Assembly (NCBI GenBank): GCA_038087875.1 | Contig: CM075993.1 | Coordinates: 1,676,001 to 1,740,000 of the forward strand | Length of the DNA stretch: 64,000 nt | Reading direction: 5' to 3' | Source of the DNA: Malacoraja senta | Lineage: Eukaryota | Shown here: piece after piece, positions 12,148-25,704 of the stretch | Layout of the letters: every line of letters begins with the position of its first letter | How positions within the stretch are numbered: the stretch's first letter is position 1 | Position numbers and translations under genes: made by a program | The notes under the pieces: model-generated | Told to the model about the DNA's origin: nothing | The model's database searches: none | Seen by the model: only the letters and a program-made list of their open reading frames with translations

Positions 12148-12462
12148 ATGAGATGCAACATGGAAACAAGTCCTTTCGGCCCACAGAATCCATGCCAACC
12201 ACTGATCACCTGGTCACACTAGAGTTCTATGTTATCCCATTTTCTCATCCACTCCTTACAAACTGAGGGCAGTTTAGAGGCCAATTAACATACAAACCCG
12301 CACAGATTTTGAGATGTGGGAGGAAACTGGAACACCCAGAGAAAACCCACATGGTCACAAGGAGAACATGCAAACTGCACACAGAGGCACCTGAAGTCAG
12401 GATTGAACCCGGGTCTCTGGCGCCGTGAAGCAGCAGCTCTACCTGCTGCCCCACCGCGCCAC
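12148..12462 (-). mobile_element. tRNA-derived V-SINE (HE1-like)
   Basis: Reverse-complement copy with A and B boxes. Confidence 0.8.
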
Positions 12463-12927
12463 CCATTGCGTCAATAGGGGAATATAAGAGAGTTATGGTA
12501 ACATTTCTAACTTTTCAGATTTCAATTCCAATACTGGCCTTGGCTACAGAGCTCTGCAAAGGTCAGTGTCATTAGTGCATGGGGCAAGGCAGCATGATAG
12601 AGGAATGACAGGAAGCTGAAGAGGGAAGTAGGCAGTGAATATGCAACAAATATACATGAAACCAAACAATAGCAGAAATAGAGCAAACCAGAATGAGAAG
12701 TGAAAGCAAGAAGGAAATGGTCAAATCGATGATAAAGGAACAGAAAGGATATCTAGTCGATGTCTCTTTTTTAATGCCATGGAGATATCCACAACAGCTG
12801 ACATGGCTTTTGGTCGCTTCTCCCAGAAAGCAGTGATCAGTTTGAGCATTTGCAAAGTGACACGCTCTGCATGAAGCCTCTGCTACAAGGCCGAGCAAAG
12901 GAGGAAACCTCCACTTCACAATAACAG

Positions 12928-13275
12928 TAGAAACATAGAACATAGAAAATTAGGTGCATGAGTAGGCCATTCGGCCCTTCGAGCCAGCGCCGCCATTCAA
13001 TATGATCATGGCTGATCACCTAAAATCAGTATCCCGTTCCTGCTTTATCCCCATGTCCCTTGATTCCTTTAGACCTAAGAGCTAAATCTAACTCTCTCTT
13101 GAAAACATCCAGTGAATCGGCCTCCAATGCCTTCTGTGGCAGAGAATTCTGCAGATTCACAACTCTCTGGGTGAATTTTTGTTTTCCTCAACTCAGTCCT
13201 AAATGGCCTACCCCTTATTCTTAAACTGTGACCCCTGGTTCTGGACTCCTCCAACATGGGGAACATTTTTCTTGC
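12928..13275 (-). mobile_element. CR1 3' fragment
   Basis: MFPMLEESRTRGHSLRIRGRPFRTE peptide and (CTATGTTT)n-type tail. Confidence 0.85.
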
Positions 13276-13358
13276 AGTAGCTCACAATTCACCTGCAAGA
13301 ATTCAAACATTCTTGACTCATGATCTAATAGCAAATTGCCGTGATCAGTTTAGCTTAC

Positions 13359-13487
13359 CAATAAATTGTCACAGATGCCGCTGGCTATTTTCCCCAGGGT
13401 ATTGGCATCCAAGGGGGCTATCACCATTAGATCTGCCCACCTTCTCAGCTCAATGTGCAGGACAGGATCGGTCTTCTGCTTCCACAT
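13359..13487 (-). CDS. PPCDC: PPCDC coding exon 3 (129 nt): [43 protein letters not shown]
   Basis: Acceptor ccctctag|ATG, donor TTG|gtaagc, phase 0/0. HIELRRWAD and [10 protein letters not shown]...GICDNLL are the flavoprotein (Dfp/HAL3/PPCDC) signature. Confidence 0.97.
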
Positions 13488-13994
13488 CTAGAGGGCAAAA
13501 AGAGACTGTGTGTGAAGCTGCACAAATACTATGTGGTACAGGTCCACCACCCATTATCCAGCAACTGATAATCCAGACAAAATCACAAGAGCGCTGCAGG
13601 TGGCGCAAGGACTATCAGGACACGTGCCTCCATCCTGAAAGAGTTCATTGTCTACTTCTTTATCAATTCTTTCTTTATGTTTCTAGCAGTCCACGGTGCA
13701 TTAGAGACGTGGGAGGGGTATAAGGAGTGGGTTAGAGGTGTATTGTTGAACTATTAACATGTGACCTGTTTTGGATATCCAGCAAGGCTCTGCAAACAGC
13801 TGAGCTACAAACCCGCACGTCTTTGGAAGGTGGGAGGAAACCAGAGCACCAGAAACCCACGTAGTCACAGGGAGAATGTGCCATCTCCACACTGACAGCC
13901 AAGGTCTCATGCGCTGAGACAGCAGCTCTACCCGCTGCACCACTGTGACCACAGAAGGCAGTGGAGGCCAATTCATTGCACAAACAGGTAGAAT

Positions 13995-14655
13995 GGCACG
14001 TTGGCGCAGCGGTAGAGTTGCTGCCTCACAGCACCAGAGATCTGGTTTTGATCCAGACCACGGGTGTTGTCTGTACGGAGTTTGTACGTTCACCCCATGA
14101 CCTGCGTGGGTTTTCTCCGGGTGCTCTGGTTTCCTCCCACACTCCCAAGACGTGCGGGTTTGTAGGTTACTTGGCTTCGGTAAAATTGTAAATTCTCCCT
14201 AGTGTATGTGTGTAGGATAGTGTTAGTGTGCAGGGATCGTTGGTCGGCGTGGACACGGTGGGCCTGTTTCCGCGCTGCATCTCTAAACTAAACTAAGGTA
14301 ATAAGGTTAAAAATTATGAAATATGAGGGAATTTGTGTGCTCATATGTTGAGAAAACACGGTGGCGCAGCAGTAGAGTTGCTGCCTCACAGCACCAGAGA
14401 CTCCGGTTCGATCCTGACTACAGGTGCTGTCTGTGTGGAGTTTACATCTTCTCTCAGTGACCGCGTGGGTTTTCTCTGGGTGCTCTGGTTTCCCCCTGCA
14501 ATCCAAAGTCGTGCAGCTTTGTAGGCTAATTGGCTTCTGTAAATTGCCCCTCATGAGTAGGATGCAAAGGTGGGATAACATGGAGCTAGTACACGGGCGA
14601 TCGTTGGTCGGAGTGGGCTCGGTAAAGCTGTCTCCTCGCTGCATCTCTAAACTCT
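13995..14655 (+). mobile_element. Two tandem tRNA-derived V-SINEs (13995-14295 and 14357-14655)
   Basis: Each has A/B boxes and a GCATCTCTAAACT tail. Confidence 0.85.
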
Positions 14656-14809
14656 ACATATTCCGATAGTATAAAATAAAATGTAAGCAGCTGTGTCCAA
14701 AGAAGACAAGTGATAACGGATACACACTATTTTAAAAGTGTTACTTTGGAGGAACTTCTCTTGCTCGTTTTATTTGCACAACTTTAAAAAAACATAATAA
14801 AATAATTAC

Positions 14810-14905
14810 CTCCCACTCGTCTGCATCGCTATATATTTTAGCAGGAACATCTGCGGGGTCATAGAAGTGCTTGGCATGTTCTGTGGTCACCACTTTTACT
14901 TCAAC
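14810..14905 (-). CDS. PPCDC: PPCDC coding exon 2 (96 nt): VEVKVVTTEHAKHFYDPADVPAKIYSDADEWE
   Basis: Acceptor tctgttttcaaag|GTT, donor GAG|gtaatt, phase 0/0. Matches recalled vertebrate PPCDC VVTTE.AKHFY...YSDADEWE. Confidence 0.96.
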
Positions 14906-15014
14906 CTTTGAAAACAGAGATGAGAGTGGATAACAATCACAAAGGAATGTCTGTGTCGGGAGGAACTGCAGATGTGGTTTATTTTACTTGCACCCAGGGG
15001 AGAAGTGTCTCAGT

Positions 15015-15445
15015 CAAGAGTGTTTTATTGTCATGTGTCCCAGATAGGACAATGAAATTCTTGCTTGCTGCAGCACAACACAATATGTAAACATAGTACA
15101 TAACAGGAGAAAAGAATTTCAGTGTGTATGTACACATGCACACATACTCAATAAATAAACAAATATAGTGCAATCATCATTTATAGTCTGTTGTAGTTCA
15201 GAGCTTGTTTGTTGTAGTGTATAATAGCCTGATGGCTGTAGGGAAAAAGCTGTTCCTGAACCTGGACGTTACAGATTTCAGGCTCCTGTACCTTCTTCCC
15301 GATGGCAACGGTGAAATGAGTGTGTGGCCAGGGTGGTGTGGGTCTTTGAATGATGTTGGCTGCCTTTTTGAGGCAGCGACTGCGATAGATCCCTTCGATG
15401 GTGGGGAGGTCAGAGCCGGTGATGGACTGGGCAGTGGTCACAGTG
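15015..15445 (-). mobile_element. Rex1/Babar-type LINE 3' fragment
   Basis: AQSITGSDLPTIEGIYRSRCLKKAANII, close to the 25705 copy, with the same 3' tail GGGACACATGACAATAAA. Confidence 0.75.
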
Positions 15446-16712
15446 GTCACAAGGTGTGATCGCAACTACAAAATTAAATCGGTACAGCAGGACAACTGAG
15501 GAAGTGCAAAGGTGAGGTAGATTGATGTATTAATTACAATACTTTACTCTTACATTATACAGAAGTCACAACCCCTTGGTTCTGCATACAGTGGAGTACA
15601 AAGGTAAGGATGCTTAATATGTTAATACCTGACATTAGATTGCGACTGTGTAGTAGAGAACTGCAGATGCTGGTTTAAATCAAAGGTAGACACTAAATGC
15701 TGGAGTAACTCAGACTGAAGAATGCTCTCGTCCCGAGACGTCACCCATTCCTTCTCTCCAGAGATGCTGCCTGTCCTGCTGAGTTACTCCAGCTTTTTGT
15801 GTCCACACGAGATTGCAACTTCTCAGTCATGCATGAAGCGGGATACAAAGATAACGGCAGTAATCGTGTTCCTCGCTTATCCGAGATGATACTTTCCACA
15901 CCAATTCCACAGACATTGCACTATGGTACTACTTTGCTGCATTTAAATATTGCATTAAATTACTACATTTACAACTATTCAAAAATATGAGAGGCCCAGA
16001 TCACAAATCATATACATTAATTATAACAAAATTCTAAAAAAGCACAAAGTGCTAGAATAACTCAGCGGGTCAGACAGCATCTCTGGTGCCTGACCGCTCG
16101 CTGACTTACTCCAGCACTTTGTGTTTTTTTGTAAACCCCAGAATCTGCAGTTCCTTTTCTCTCCAAATAAAACAAGATAATGTTCTACTTTCCTTTCCAA
16201 CTTCTGCTTCAGCGAGAACATCAATTCTAAAAATAAAATAACTGATTCATGGCAAGCTGTTAAACTCAAAATAAATATAGAGTTGCTTTGCAGTTCTGTT
16301 CCGTTTCCTGACACACCCCATTTAAGATTTGTTTTCCCCACCCCTTTATGAAGCTACAATCTCATTCTCATGAGTTTACTGGTTTATTAATTCAGTAAGC
16401 AACATTCTAATAAATCCAAGATGGACACAAAAAGCTGGAGTAACTCAGTGGGTTCGACAGCATCTCTGGAAAAAAGAGATTTCGGGTCAAGATCCTTGCT
16501 CAGACCCTTTTCTCCAGAGATGTTGTCTGATTGCCGCTGAGTTACTCCAGCTTTTTGTGTCTATCTCAAGTTTAAACCAGCACCTGCAGTTCCTTCCTGC
16601 ACCTCTAATGAATCAATGTTATCAGTTTTGGAAGTAGATGACTTGTGAGGGTGTAAGTCGCAGAATTGTTAGACCTGGCAATTGACTTGAAATACGGAGC
16701 CCATTGTGATTC

Positions 16713-16965
16713 ATAGACACATAGAAAATAGGTGCAGGAGTAGGCCATTCAGCCCTTTGAGCCAGCACCGCCATTCAATATGATCATGGCTGATCATCCA
16801 AAATCAGTAGCCCGTTCTTGCTTTTCCCCATATCCCTTGATTCCTTTAGCCCTAAGAGCTAAATCTAACTCTCTCTTGAAAACATCCAGTGAATTGGCCT
16901 CCACTGCCTTCTGTGGCAGAGAATTCCACAGATTCACAACTCTCTGGGTGAAAAGTTTCTCCTCA
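16713..16965 (-). mobile_element. CR1 3' fragment
   Basis: Same subfamily 3' end as the 12928 and 17395 copies. Confidence 0.85.
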
Positions 16966-17394
16966 TTCTTGGGTTAGGTACAATGTACCTGGATTTTGGC
17001 CAGGGGGGGGGACGCAATCTGGGCCACTTGAACATTTTTACCCATGACCCTAAAGGTGAAAATGTGGCGTTGTAATGTATGTTTACCTCTCAATACTATC
17101 GGTATTAAAAATACAAGGGTTTCATATTCCTTCACAGTGGCGGCACAGTGGCGCAGCAGTAGAGCTACTGCCTTACAGCGTCAGAGACCCGGGTTCCATC
17201 CTGACTACGGAGTTTGTACGCTCTCCCTTTGACTGCGTGGGTTTTCTCTGGGTGCTCTGGTTTGCGCCCACACATTCTAAAGACGTGCAGGTTTGTCGGT
17301 TAATTGGCCTCTGTAAATTGTCCCTGGTGCATAGGACAGAACAGGGTGGTGGTGAAGATACAATAGTGGTGTTTAGAAGGCTTTTAGATGTACG

Positions 17395-17730
17395 ATGATG
17401 CAGGAAATATGTTCCCCATGTTGAGGGAGTCCAGAACCAGGGGTCCCCGTTTAAGAATAAGGGGCAGGCCATTTAGGATTGAGATGAGGAAAAACTTTTT
17501 CACCCAGAGAGTTGTGAATCTGCGGATTTCTCTGCCACAGAAGGCAGTGGAGGCCAATTCACTGGATATTTTCAAGAGAGAGTTAGATTTAGCTCTTAGG
17601 GCTAACGGAATCAAGGGATATGGGGAGAAAGCAGGAACGTGGTACTGATTTTGGATGATCAGCCATGATCATATTGAATGGCGGTGCTGGCTCGAAGGGC
17701 TGAATGGCCTACTCCTGGACCTATTTTCTA
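17395..17730 (+). mobile_element. CR1 3' fragment
   Basis: DAGNMFPMLRESRTRG...FFTQRVVNL...GIKGYGEKAG peptide plus CR1 3'UTR. Confidence 0.85.
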
Positions 17731-19464
17731 TTTGCCAGGACTAGAGGGTCTGACTTATAGGTAGAGGTCGAGTAGACTGGGACTCTATTCCTTGGAGCAG
17801 GGGGGATGAGGGGTGATGTTACAGAAGTGTACAAAATCATGAGAGGAATAGATCGGGTAGACGCACCGAGTCTCTTGCCCAGAGTAGGGGAATGGAGGAC
17901 CAGAGGACATAGGTTTGTTGAAGGGGAAAAGATTTAATAGGAATCTAAAGGGTAACTTTTCACACCCAAAGGATGGTGGGTGTATGGAACTAGCTGCCAG
18001 AGGAGGTAGTTGAGGCAGGTACCATCCCAACGTTTAACACACAGTTAGACAGATACATGGATAGGACGGGGATAAGGGCCAAACGTGGGCAGGTGGGACT
18101 AGTGGTAGCTGGGACATGTTGACCGGTGTGGGCAAGTTGGGCCAAAGGGGCTGTTTCCATGCTGTATGACTCAATCACATGGATATTCAGGTTATAGAGG
18201 GATATGAATCCTGTGCAGACACAGGATGTTAGTTTAACCTGGCATCATGTTTTGCACAGATATTATGGGCTGAAGGGCCTGTTCCTCTGCTATACTGTTC
18301 TATGTATATTCTAAGTGCTTCAAGACTTTTATGATTCATTTTGACTATACATTCAACGGTCTTTTCACTCAGGTTGAGAGAACTGATTGTTTCAGGTTAA
18401 TTTTCCAGTTTATCAAATAAACCACAGGGTACTTAGTGATGTGTAGGGGCACAGTGGACGCAACAACGAGAGCGAGATCGCAGTGACCTTCTCCCCACAC
18501 GTTCATCTTTTTCCCACAGCCTTTATCTGAACAATCGGCAGGTGCTATAAAACGTTGAGTGATGTTGCAACACCACAAGGTTGTTAAAAACCTCACCTCA
18601 TTAAATGGCTTATCACTGTTCAAGCACATTGCCGCTATAACTGTAAAGCCACTCTTGTTGGCACACTGCCATTCCTGAGATTCACTGCCAAACTCATTTG
18701 TGCACCACCACGTTCACCAATGGCCACACTTGCACCATCGTGCTGCAATAAAGGTTAAATAGTCCACCTTTATCCTCCTTGTCAAGGGGAATGGCCCATA
18801 AGTGATAGGAGCAGAATTAGGCCATTCGGCCCATCAAGTCTAACCCAAGCGACCAATTGCCTGCTAGCCACAGAAGCTGATCTACAATCACATATTACAA
18901 TTGCTCCACACTCTTAAATCTCCACTCCTGCAGCAACATCTCTTACTTTAACTTCCTTATCATGTCTATCTATACACTGTAAATGGCTTGATTGTAATCG
19001 TATCGAGTATCCTGAACATGTGGCTGATCAGAGGTGAACACAACTCCCACTTCTCACTGTTCTCTATGTCTGACCAAAGAGAGCAATGTCCCCTGAGGTG
19101 GATGTGTGGAGTAGACACTCTGTTTGGGGTCACCATCCCTCCAGGGGTCAAGAGTCTCCATGGACGATGCACTGGAACACAGGGAAATAAAATCATAAAA
19201 ATGAGGGTGCCGTCCGGAGAAAGATGCTCAATCTACCTTGCCTGGTGTGTAGGAAGGAATTGCAGATGTTGGTTTACACTGAACACGGACACAAAATGAT
19301 GGAGTAACTCAGCAGATCAGGCAGCATCTTTGGAGAAAAGTGTAGGTGACGTTTCAGGTCGGGACCCTTCTTCAGACTGGGACTTTAGACAAGAAAAGGC
19401 CAGAACAACTCAGGGCCGGCAACAGATGACCTCAGCAAGGATGGAGCCCATAATGGCCCATTAT

Positions 19465-19765
19465 TTAGTTTCGAGATACCGCGTGGAAAGAGCCCCTTCG
19501 GCCCACTGTGTCCGCACCGACCAGCGATCCCCGCACATTCACACTATCCTACACCAGGGACAATTATTTGCCTTTACACCAAGCTATTTAACCAACAAAC
19601 GTGTACGTCTTTCGAGTGTGGAAGGATACCCAAGTTCTTGGAGAAAATACACGCAGGTCACGGGGAGAACGTACAAACTACGCATGGACAGGCACCCGTA
19701 GTCAGGATCGAACCCGGGTCTGTGGCGCTGTAAGGCAGCAATGCTACCACTGTGCCACCATGCCA
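19465..19765 (-). mobile_element. tRNA-derived V-SINE (HE1-like)
   Basis: Reverse-complement copy with GGTTCGATCC B box. Confidence 0.8.
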
Positions 19766-20155
19766 CCCTGGCTGGGGCTGGGAAGGATGTGCTAATGAGG
19801 GGAATACAAGGACTCAAACAGTGGAACTGGTAGGACATCCAGGGTGGAGGAGGGAAACATTGTCTGCCCCTTTGCAGATGCTGCCTGATCTGCCGGGTTC
19901 CTCCAGCACTCTGTGCTTTGCTCAGGATTGCAGCATCTGCAGTTTCTTGTCTCTCTGCTGTGAGCCACTCACATTGAAATTGGAAGGGAATGTACTGTTC
20001 ATCGGGCTGCTCGTCTTGGTTGGGAAAACCAAAGTAAGTCACACGTGTAAAAAACGGCAAGAATTGAATGGCAACCACTTGCTGGGAACAGTAGGAACCT
20101 GAGGGGCAGCCTTGTTACACAGACGGTGGGGGTCTATGGAATGAGCTGCCGGAGG

Positions 20156-23100
20156 AGATACATAGATACATAGAAAATAGGTGCAGGAGTAGGCCATTCA
20201 ATATGATCATGGCTGATCATCCAACTCAGTATCCCGTACCTGCCTTCTCTCCATACCCCCTGGTCCCTTTAGCCACAAGGGCCACATCTAACTCCCTCTT
20301 AAATATAGCCAATGAACTGGCCTCAACTACCCTCTGTGGCAGAGAGTTCCAGAGATTCACCACTCTCTGTGTGAAAAAGTTTTTCCTCATCTCGGTCTTA
20401 AAGGATTTCCCCCTTATCCTTAAGCTGTGACCCCTTGTCCTGGACTTCCCCAACATCGGGATCAATCTTCCTGCATCTAGCCTGTCCAACCCCATAAGAA
20501 TTTTGTACGTTTCTATAAGATCCCCTCTCAATCTCCTAAATTCTAGCGAGTATAAGCCAAGTCTATCCAGTCTTTCTTCATATGAAAGTCCTGACATCCC
20601 AGGAATCAGTCTGGTGAACCTTCTCTGCACTCCCTCTATGGCTATAATGTCCTTCCTCAGATTTGGAGACAAAAACTGTACGCAATACTCCAGGTGTGGT
20701 CTCACCAAGACCCTGTATAACTGCAGTAGAACCTCCCTGCTCCTATACTCAAATCCTTTTGCTATGAAAGCTAACATACCATTCGCTTTCTTCACTGCCT
20801 GCTGCACCTGCATGCCTACTTTCAATGACTGGTGTACCATGACACCCAGGTCTCGCTGCATCTCCCCATTTCCTAATCGGCCACCATTTAGATAATAGTC
20901 TGCTTTCCTGTTTTTGCCACCAAAGTGGATAACCTCACATTTATCCACATTATACTGCATCTGCCAAACATTTGCCCACTCACCCAGCGTATCCAAGTCA
21001 CCTTGCAGTCTCCTAGCATCCTCCTCACAGCTAACACTGCCCCCCCAGCTTAGTGTCATCCGCAAACTTGGAGATGTTGCCTTCAATTCCCTCATCCAGT
21101 TCATTAATATAAATTGTAAATAGCTGGGGTCCCAGCACTGAGCCTTGCGGTACCCCACTAGTCACTGCCTGCCATTGTGAAAAGGACCCGTTTACTCCTA
21201 CTCTTTGCTTCCTGTTTGCAAGCCAGTTCTCTATCCACATCAATACTGAACCCCCAATACCGTGTGCTTTAAGTTTGTATACTAATCTCTTATGTGGTAC
21301 CTTGTCGAAAGCCTTCTGAAAGTCCAGATACAACACATCCACTGGTTCTCCCCTATCCACTCTACTAGTTACATCCTCGAAAAATTCTATAAGATTCGTC
21401 AGACACAATTTACCTTTCGTAAATCCATGCTGACTTTGTCCAATGATTTCACCACTTTCCAAATGTGCTGCTATCCCATCTTTAATAACTGACTAGCAGT
21501 TTCCCCACTACCGATGTTAGACTAACTGTTCTGTAATTCCCCGTTTTCTCTCTCCCTCCCTTCTTAAAAAGTGGGGTTACGTTTGCTACCCTCCAATCCT
21601 CAGGAACTACTCCAGAATCTAAAGAGTTTTGAAAAATTATCACTAATGCATCCACTATTTCTGGAGCTACTTCCTTAAGTACTCTGGGATGCAGCCTATC
21701 TGGCCCTGGTGATTTATCGGCCTTTAATCCATTCAATTTACCCAACACCACTTCCCGACTAACCTGGATTTCACTCAGTTCCTCCATCTCCTTTGACCCG
21801 CGGCCCCCTGCTATTTCCGGCAGATTATTTATGTCTTCCTTAGTGAAGACGGAACCAAAGTAGTTATTCAATTGGTCCGCCATATCCTTGTTCCCCATGA
21901 TCAATTCACCTGTTTCTGACTGCAAGGGACCTACATTTGTTTTAACTAATCTCTTTCTCTTCACATATCTATAAAAACTTTTGCAGTCAGTTTTTATGTT
22001 CCCTGCCAGTTTTCTTTCATAATCTATTTTCCCTTTCCTAATTAAGCCCTTTGTCCTCCTCTGCTGGTCTCTGAATTTCTCCCAGTCCTCTGGTATGCTG
22101 CTTTTTCTGGCTAATTTGTACACATCATCTTTTGCTTTGATACTATCCCTGATTTCCCTTGTTATCCACGGATGCACTACCTTCCCTGATCTATTCTTTT
22201 GCCAAACTGGGATGAACAATTTTTGTAGTTCATCTATGCAGTCTTTAAATGCCTTCCATTGCATATCCACCGTCAACCCTTTTAGAACTAATTGCCAGTC
22301 AATCTTGGCCAATTCACGTCTCATACCCTCAAAGTTACCTTTCTTTAAGTTCAGAACCGTTGTTTCTGAATTAACAATGTCACTCTCCATCCTAATGAAG
22401 AACTCAACCATATTATGGTCACTCTTGCCCAAGGGGGCACGCACAACAAGACTGCTAACTAACCCTTCCTCATTACTCAATACCCAGTCTAGAATAGCCT
22501 GCTCTCTCGTTGGTTCCTCTACATGTTGGTTTAGATAACTATCCCGCATACATTCCAAGAAGTCCTCTTCCTCAGCACCCCTGCCAATTTGATTCACCCA
22601 ATCTATATGTAGATTGAAGTCACCCATTATAACTGTTTTGCCTTTGTTGCACGCATTTCTAATTTCCTGTTTGATGCCATCCCCAACTTCACTACTGCTG
22701 CTAGGTGGCCTGTACACAACACCCACCAGCGTTTTCTGCCCCTTAGTGTTTCGCAGCTCTACCCATACCGATTCCACATCCTCCAAGCTAATGTCCTTCC
22801 TTTCCACAGCGTTAATCTCCTCTCTAACCAGCAACGCTACCCCACCTCCTTTTCCTTTCTCTCTATCCCTCCTGAATATTGAATATCCCTGGATGTTCAG
22901 CTCCCAGCCTTGGTCACCCTGGAGCCATGTCTCCGTGATCCCAACTATATCATAATCATTAATAGCTATCTGCACGTTCAACTCATCCACCTTATTACGA
23001 ATGCTCCTTGCATTGAGACACAAAGCCTTCAGGCTTGTTTTTACAACGCTCTTACCCCTTATACAATTATGTTGAAAAGTGGCCCTTTTGATTTTTGCCC

Positions 23101-23405
23101 TGGATTTGTCTGCCTGCCACTTTTACTTTTCACCTTGCTACCTATTGCTTCCGCCCGCATTTTACACCCCTCTGTTTCTCTGCTCACCCATTTAAGAACC
23201 CCACCACCTCTTATTCTCTGTTTATTATTGTTTTCTTCTTTCCCCCCTACATGTTGGGTCTGAGTGCTTTTTTTCTCTGCCTCCTGCCTCACACAGTCTA
23301 ATAGCTTTCTCTATTTGAGTCCCTCCCCCCAACCATTCTAGTTTAAAGTCTCCCCAGTAGCCTTTGCAGATCTCCCCGCCAGGATATCGGTCCCCCTCAG
23401 GTTCA
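20156..23405 (-). mobile_element. CR1-clade LINE, 5'-truncated in the ORF1 C-terminus, ORF2 broken by frameshifts
   Basis: ORFs 21482..23023 (APE: LNARS, ITETW, GDFN, SDH), 21031..21462 ([24 protein letters not shown]) and 20226..21158; octamer (CTATGTAT)n tail at about 20156-20173; LNLRGTDILAGR esterase-like ORF1 end near 23340-23405. Inserted into an older CR1 3' remnant. Confidence 0.95.
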
Positions 23406-23719
23406 GGAGGTGGTTGAGGTGAGTATCATGGAAACATTTGGACAGATACATGGATAGTGTAGAACATGGGGCATCTTGGTTGGCATGGACCTGTTTCCGT
23501 GCTGTATAAGTCTATGTCAGAGAGGTAGTTTGCTTTGGGGAGGAAGGCTTAGATAACCAAGGATTTGGATGTCAATGTTGATGACGCTCTCTAATCAAGC
23601 AAGATGGCATGAAGTGAAATTTATTTGCTTGCAGAAACAAGGAACTGCAGATGGTGGTTTACAAAAAAAGACACAAACTGCTGGTGTAGGCAGCATCTGA
23701 ACTTAAAATGAACTTAAAT

Positions 23720-24981
23720 GGATGTTGGTACACAAAAGTGCTGGAGAAACTCAGCGGGTGAGGCAGCATCTATGGAGCAAAGGAAATAGGCAACGTTTCG
23801 GGCCGAAATCCTTCTTCAGACTGATACAGGGTGGGGTGGGGGGGGGGGGGGGGGAAGAAGAAAGGGCGAGGAGGAACCAGAGGGCTGAGGGAGAGCTGAG
23901 AAGGGGAGGAGACAGCAAGGGCTACTGGAAATTGGAGAAGTCAATGTTTAAGCCGCTGGGGTGCAGACTGCCCAAGCGAAATATGAGGTGCTGCTCCTCC
24001 AATTTCCGGTGGTGCTCACTCTGGCCATGGAGGAGGCCCAGGACAGAAAGGTTGGATTCGGAATGGGAGGGGGAGTTGAAGTGCTGAGCCACAGGGAGAT
24101 CAGGTTGGTTATTGCGAACCGAGCGGAGGTGTTCGGCGAAACGATCGCCAAGCCTATGCTTGGTCTCACCGATGTAGATCAGCTGACATATAGAGCAGCG
24201 GATGCAATAGATGAGGTTGGAGGAGGTGCAGGTGAACCTCTGTCGCACCTGGAACGACTGCTTGGGTCCTTGAATGGAGTCGAGGGGGGAGGTAAAGCGA
24301 CAAGTGTAGCATCTCTTGCGGTTGCAAGGGAAAGTGCCCGGAGAGATGGTGGTGCGGGTGGGAAGGGAAGAATTGACCAGGGAGTTACGGAGAGAGCAGT
24401 CTTTGCGGAAAGCAGACAGGGGGGGGAGATGGGAAGATGTGGCGAGTGGTGGGGTCACGTTGGAGGTGGCGAAAATGACGGAGGACTATTTGTTGTATGT
24501 GACGGTTAGTGGGGTGGAAGGTGAGGACAAGGGGGACTCTGCCCTTGTTCCGAGTGGGGGGATGGGGAGAGAGAGCAGTGTTGCGGGGTATAGAAGAGAC
24601 CCTGGTGCGAGCCTCATCTATGGTGGAGGGGAACCCCCGTTCCCTGAAGAATGAGGACATTTCCGATGCCCTGGTGTGGAACACCTCATCCTGGGAGCAG
24701 ATGCGGCGTAGACGGAGGAATTGGGAGTGGGGGATGGAGTCCTTACAGGAAGCAGGGTGGGAAGAAGTGTAGTCTAGATAGCCATGGGAGTCAGTGGATT
24801 TATAGTGGATGTCGGTCAGAAGTCTATCACCTGCGATGGAGATAGTAAGGTCAAGAAATGGTAGGGAAGTGTCTGAAATGGTCCAGGTGTATTTGAGTGC
24901 CGGATGGAAGTTAGTGGTGAAGTTGATGAAGTCAGTGAGTTGTGTGTGGGTGCAGGAGGTGGCACCAAAGCAATCGTCCAT
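23720..24981 (-). mobile_element. Penelope-like element, 5'-truncated: RT C-terminus + GIY-YIG endonuclease (frameshifted) + 3' pLTR
   Basis: ORF 24385..24981 (DD...LPFLDL...HYKSTDSHGYLDYTSSHP) and ORF 23922..24458 (NLIYCIRC...YIGET...LGDRFAEH...PSGLN). Confidence 0.93.
23789..23822 (-). ncRNA. Minimal hammerhead-ribozyme core in the Penelope pLTR
   Basis: Minus strand AGT-CTGAAGA-AGGATTTCGGCCC-GAAAC-GTT-GCC: CUGANGA, stem II (one mismatch), GAAA, palindromic ACGT stem III, NUH triplet. Activity untested. Confidence 0.55.
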
Positions 24982-25704
24982 GGATGTTGCTTGACCTACC
25001 CAGTTACTCCAGAAAGTTATGTCTTCTCCTTAATTGCTTGTATGTAGCACCATCTAGTGGTAAAACCACACAGTTCCACGTTAGTACCAATAGGTCCTCA
25101 CAACAGCTGCTCACGTTACTCTCAAGAGGGATCCTGCGGTGAGCGTACATGTGCAAAGGTATGAGCCAACAATATTTCATCATATTCACTTCCTGTATAC
25201 CCTGTGAACAATGCTGCGCAATTAATGCATTTTGAGTAATTAATTAATTTCTTTACAGCCATCCGGATGGATGTGTGAAGATATGTATTATGCACCCAGA
25301 TTCCACTGTTTTGTGGAAACAAGGAACAGCGGATGTTGGTTTACAAAAACAGGCACAAAGTGCTGGAGTAACTCAGCGGGTCTTGCCACATCTTTGAGTT
25401 GTGTTTTAAAGTTTTCTTTAACAGTGTGGGACCCCTACTGTTTGCCATATACAGTAAACCCTAGTTATAACGGACCTTGGGGAGGGGGGGGGGGAATGGT
25501 GTCCGTTATTGCCGATTATCCACTTAGTTACATTCCAACCACTCCGTGAAACAACAAATTGTTTTTAAATGCAAAGTTCTATTTAACAGCTAAAATATAT
25601 TTTTTGTTCCTGATAAATATATAAAGGCTGTTTGTTACATTGTTTAATAGAACTAAATGCCCAAAGCGATTGCTTGTCAATTTCAATACCGTCAATTTCA
25701 AATC

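Noticed and set aside
20503..22955. Plus-strand ORFs of 110-150 aa, mirrored at 26616-28653
   Set aside because: Antisense frames of CR1 ORF2.
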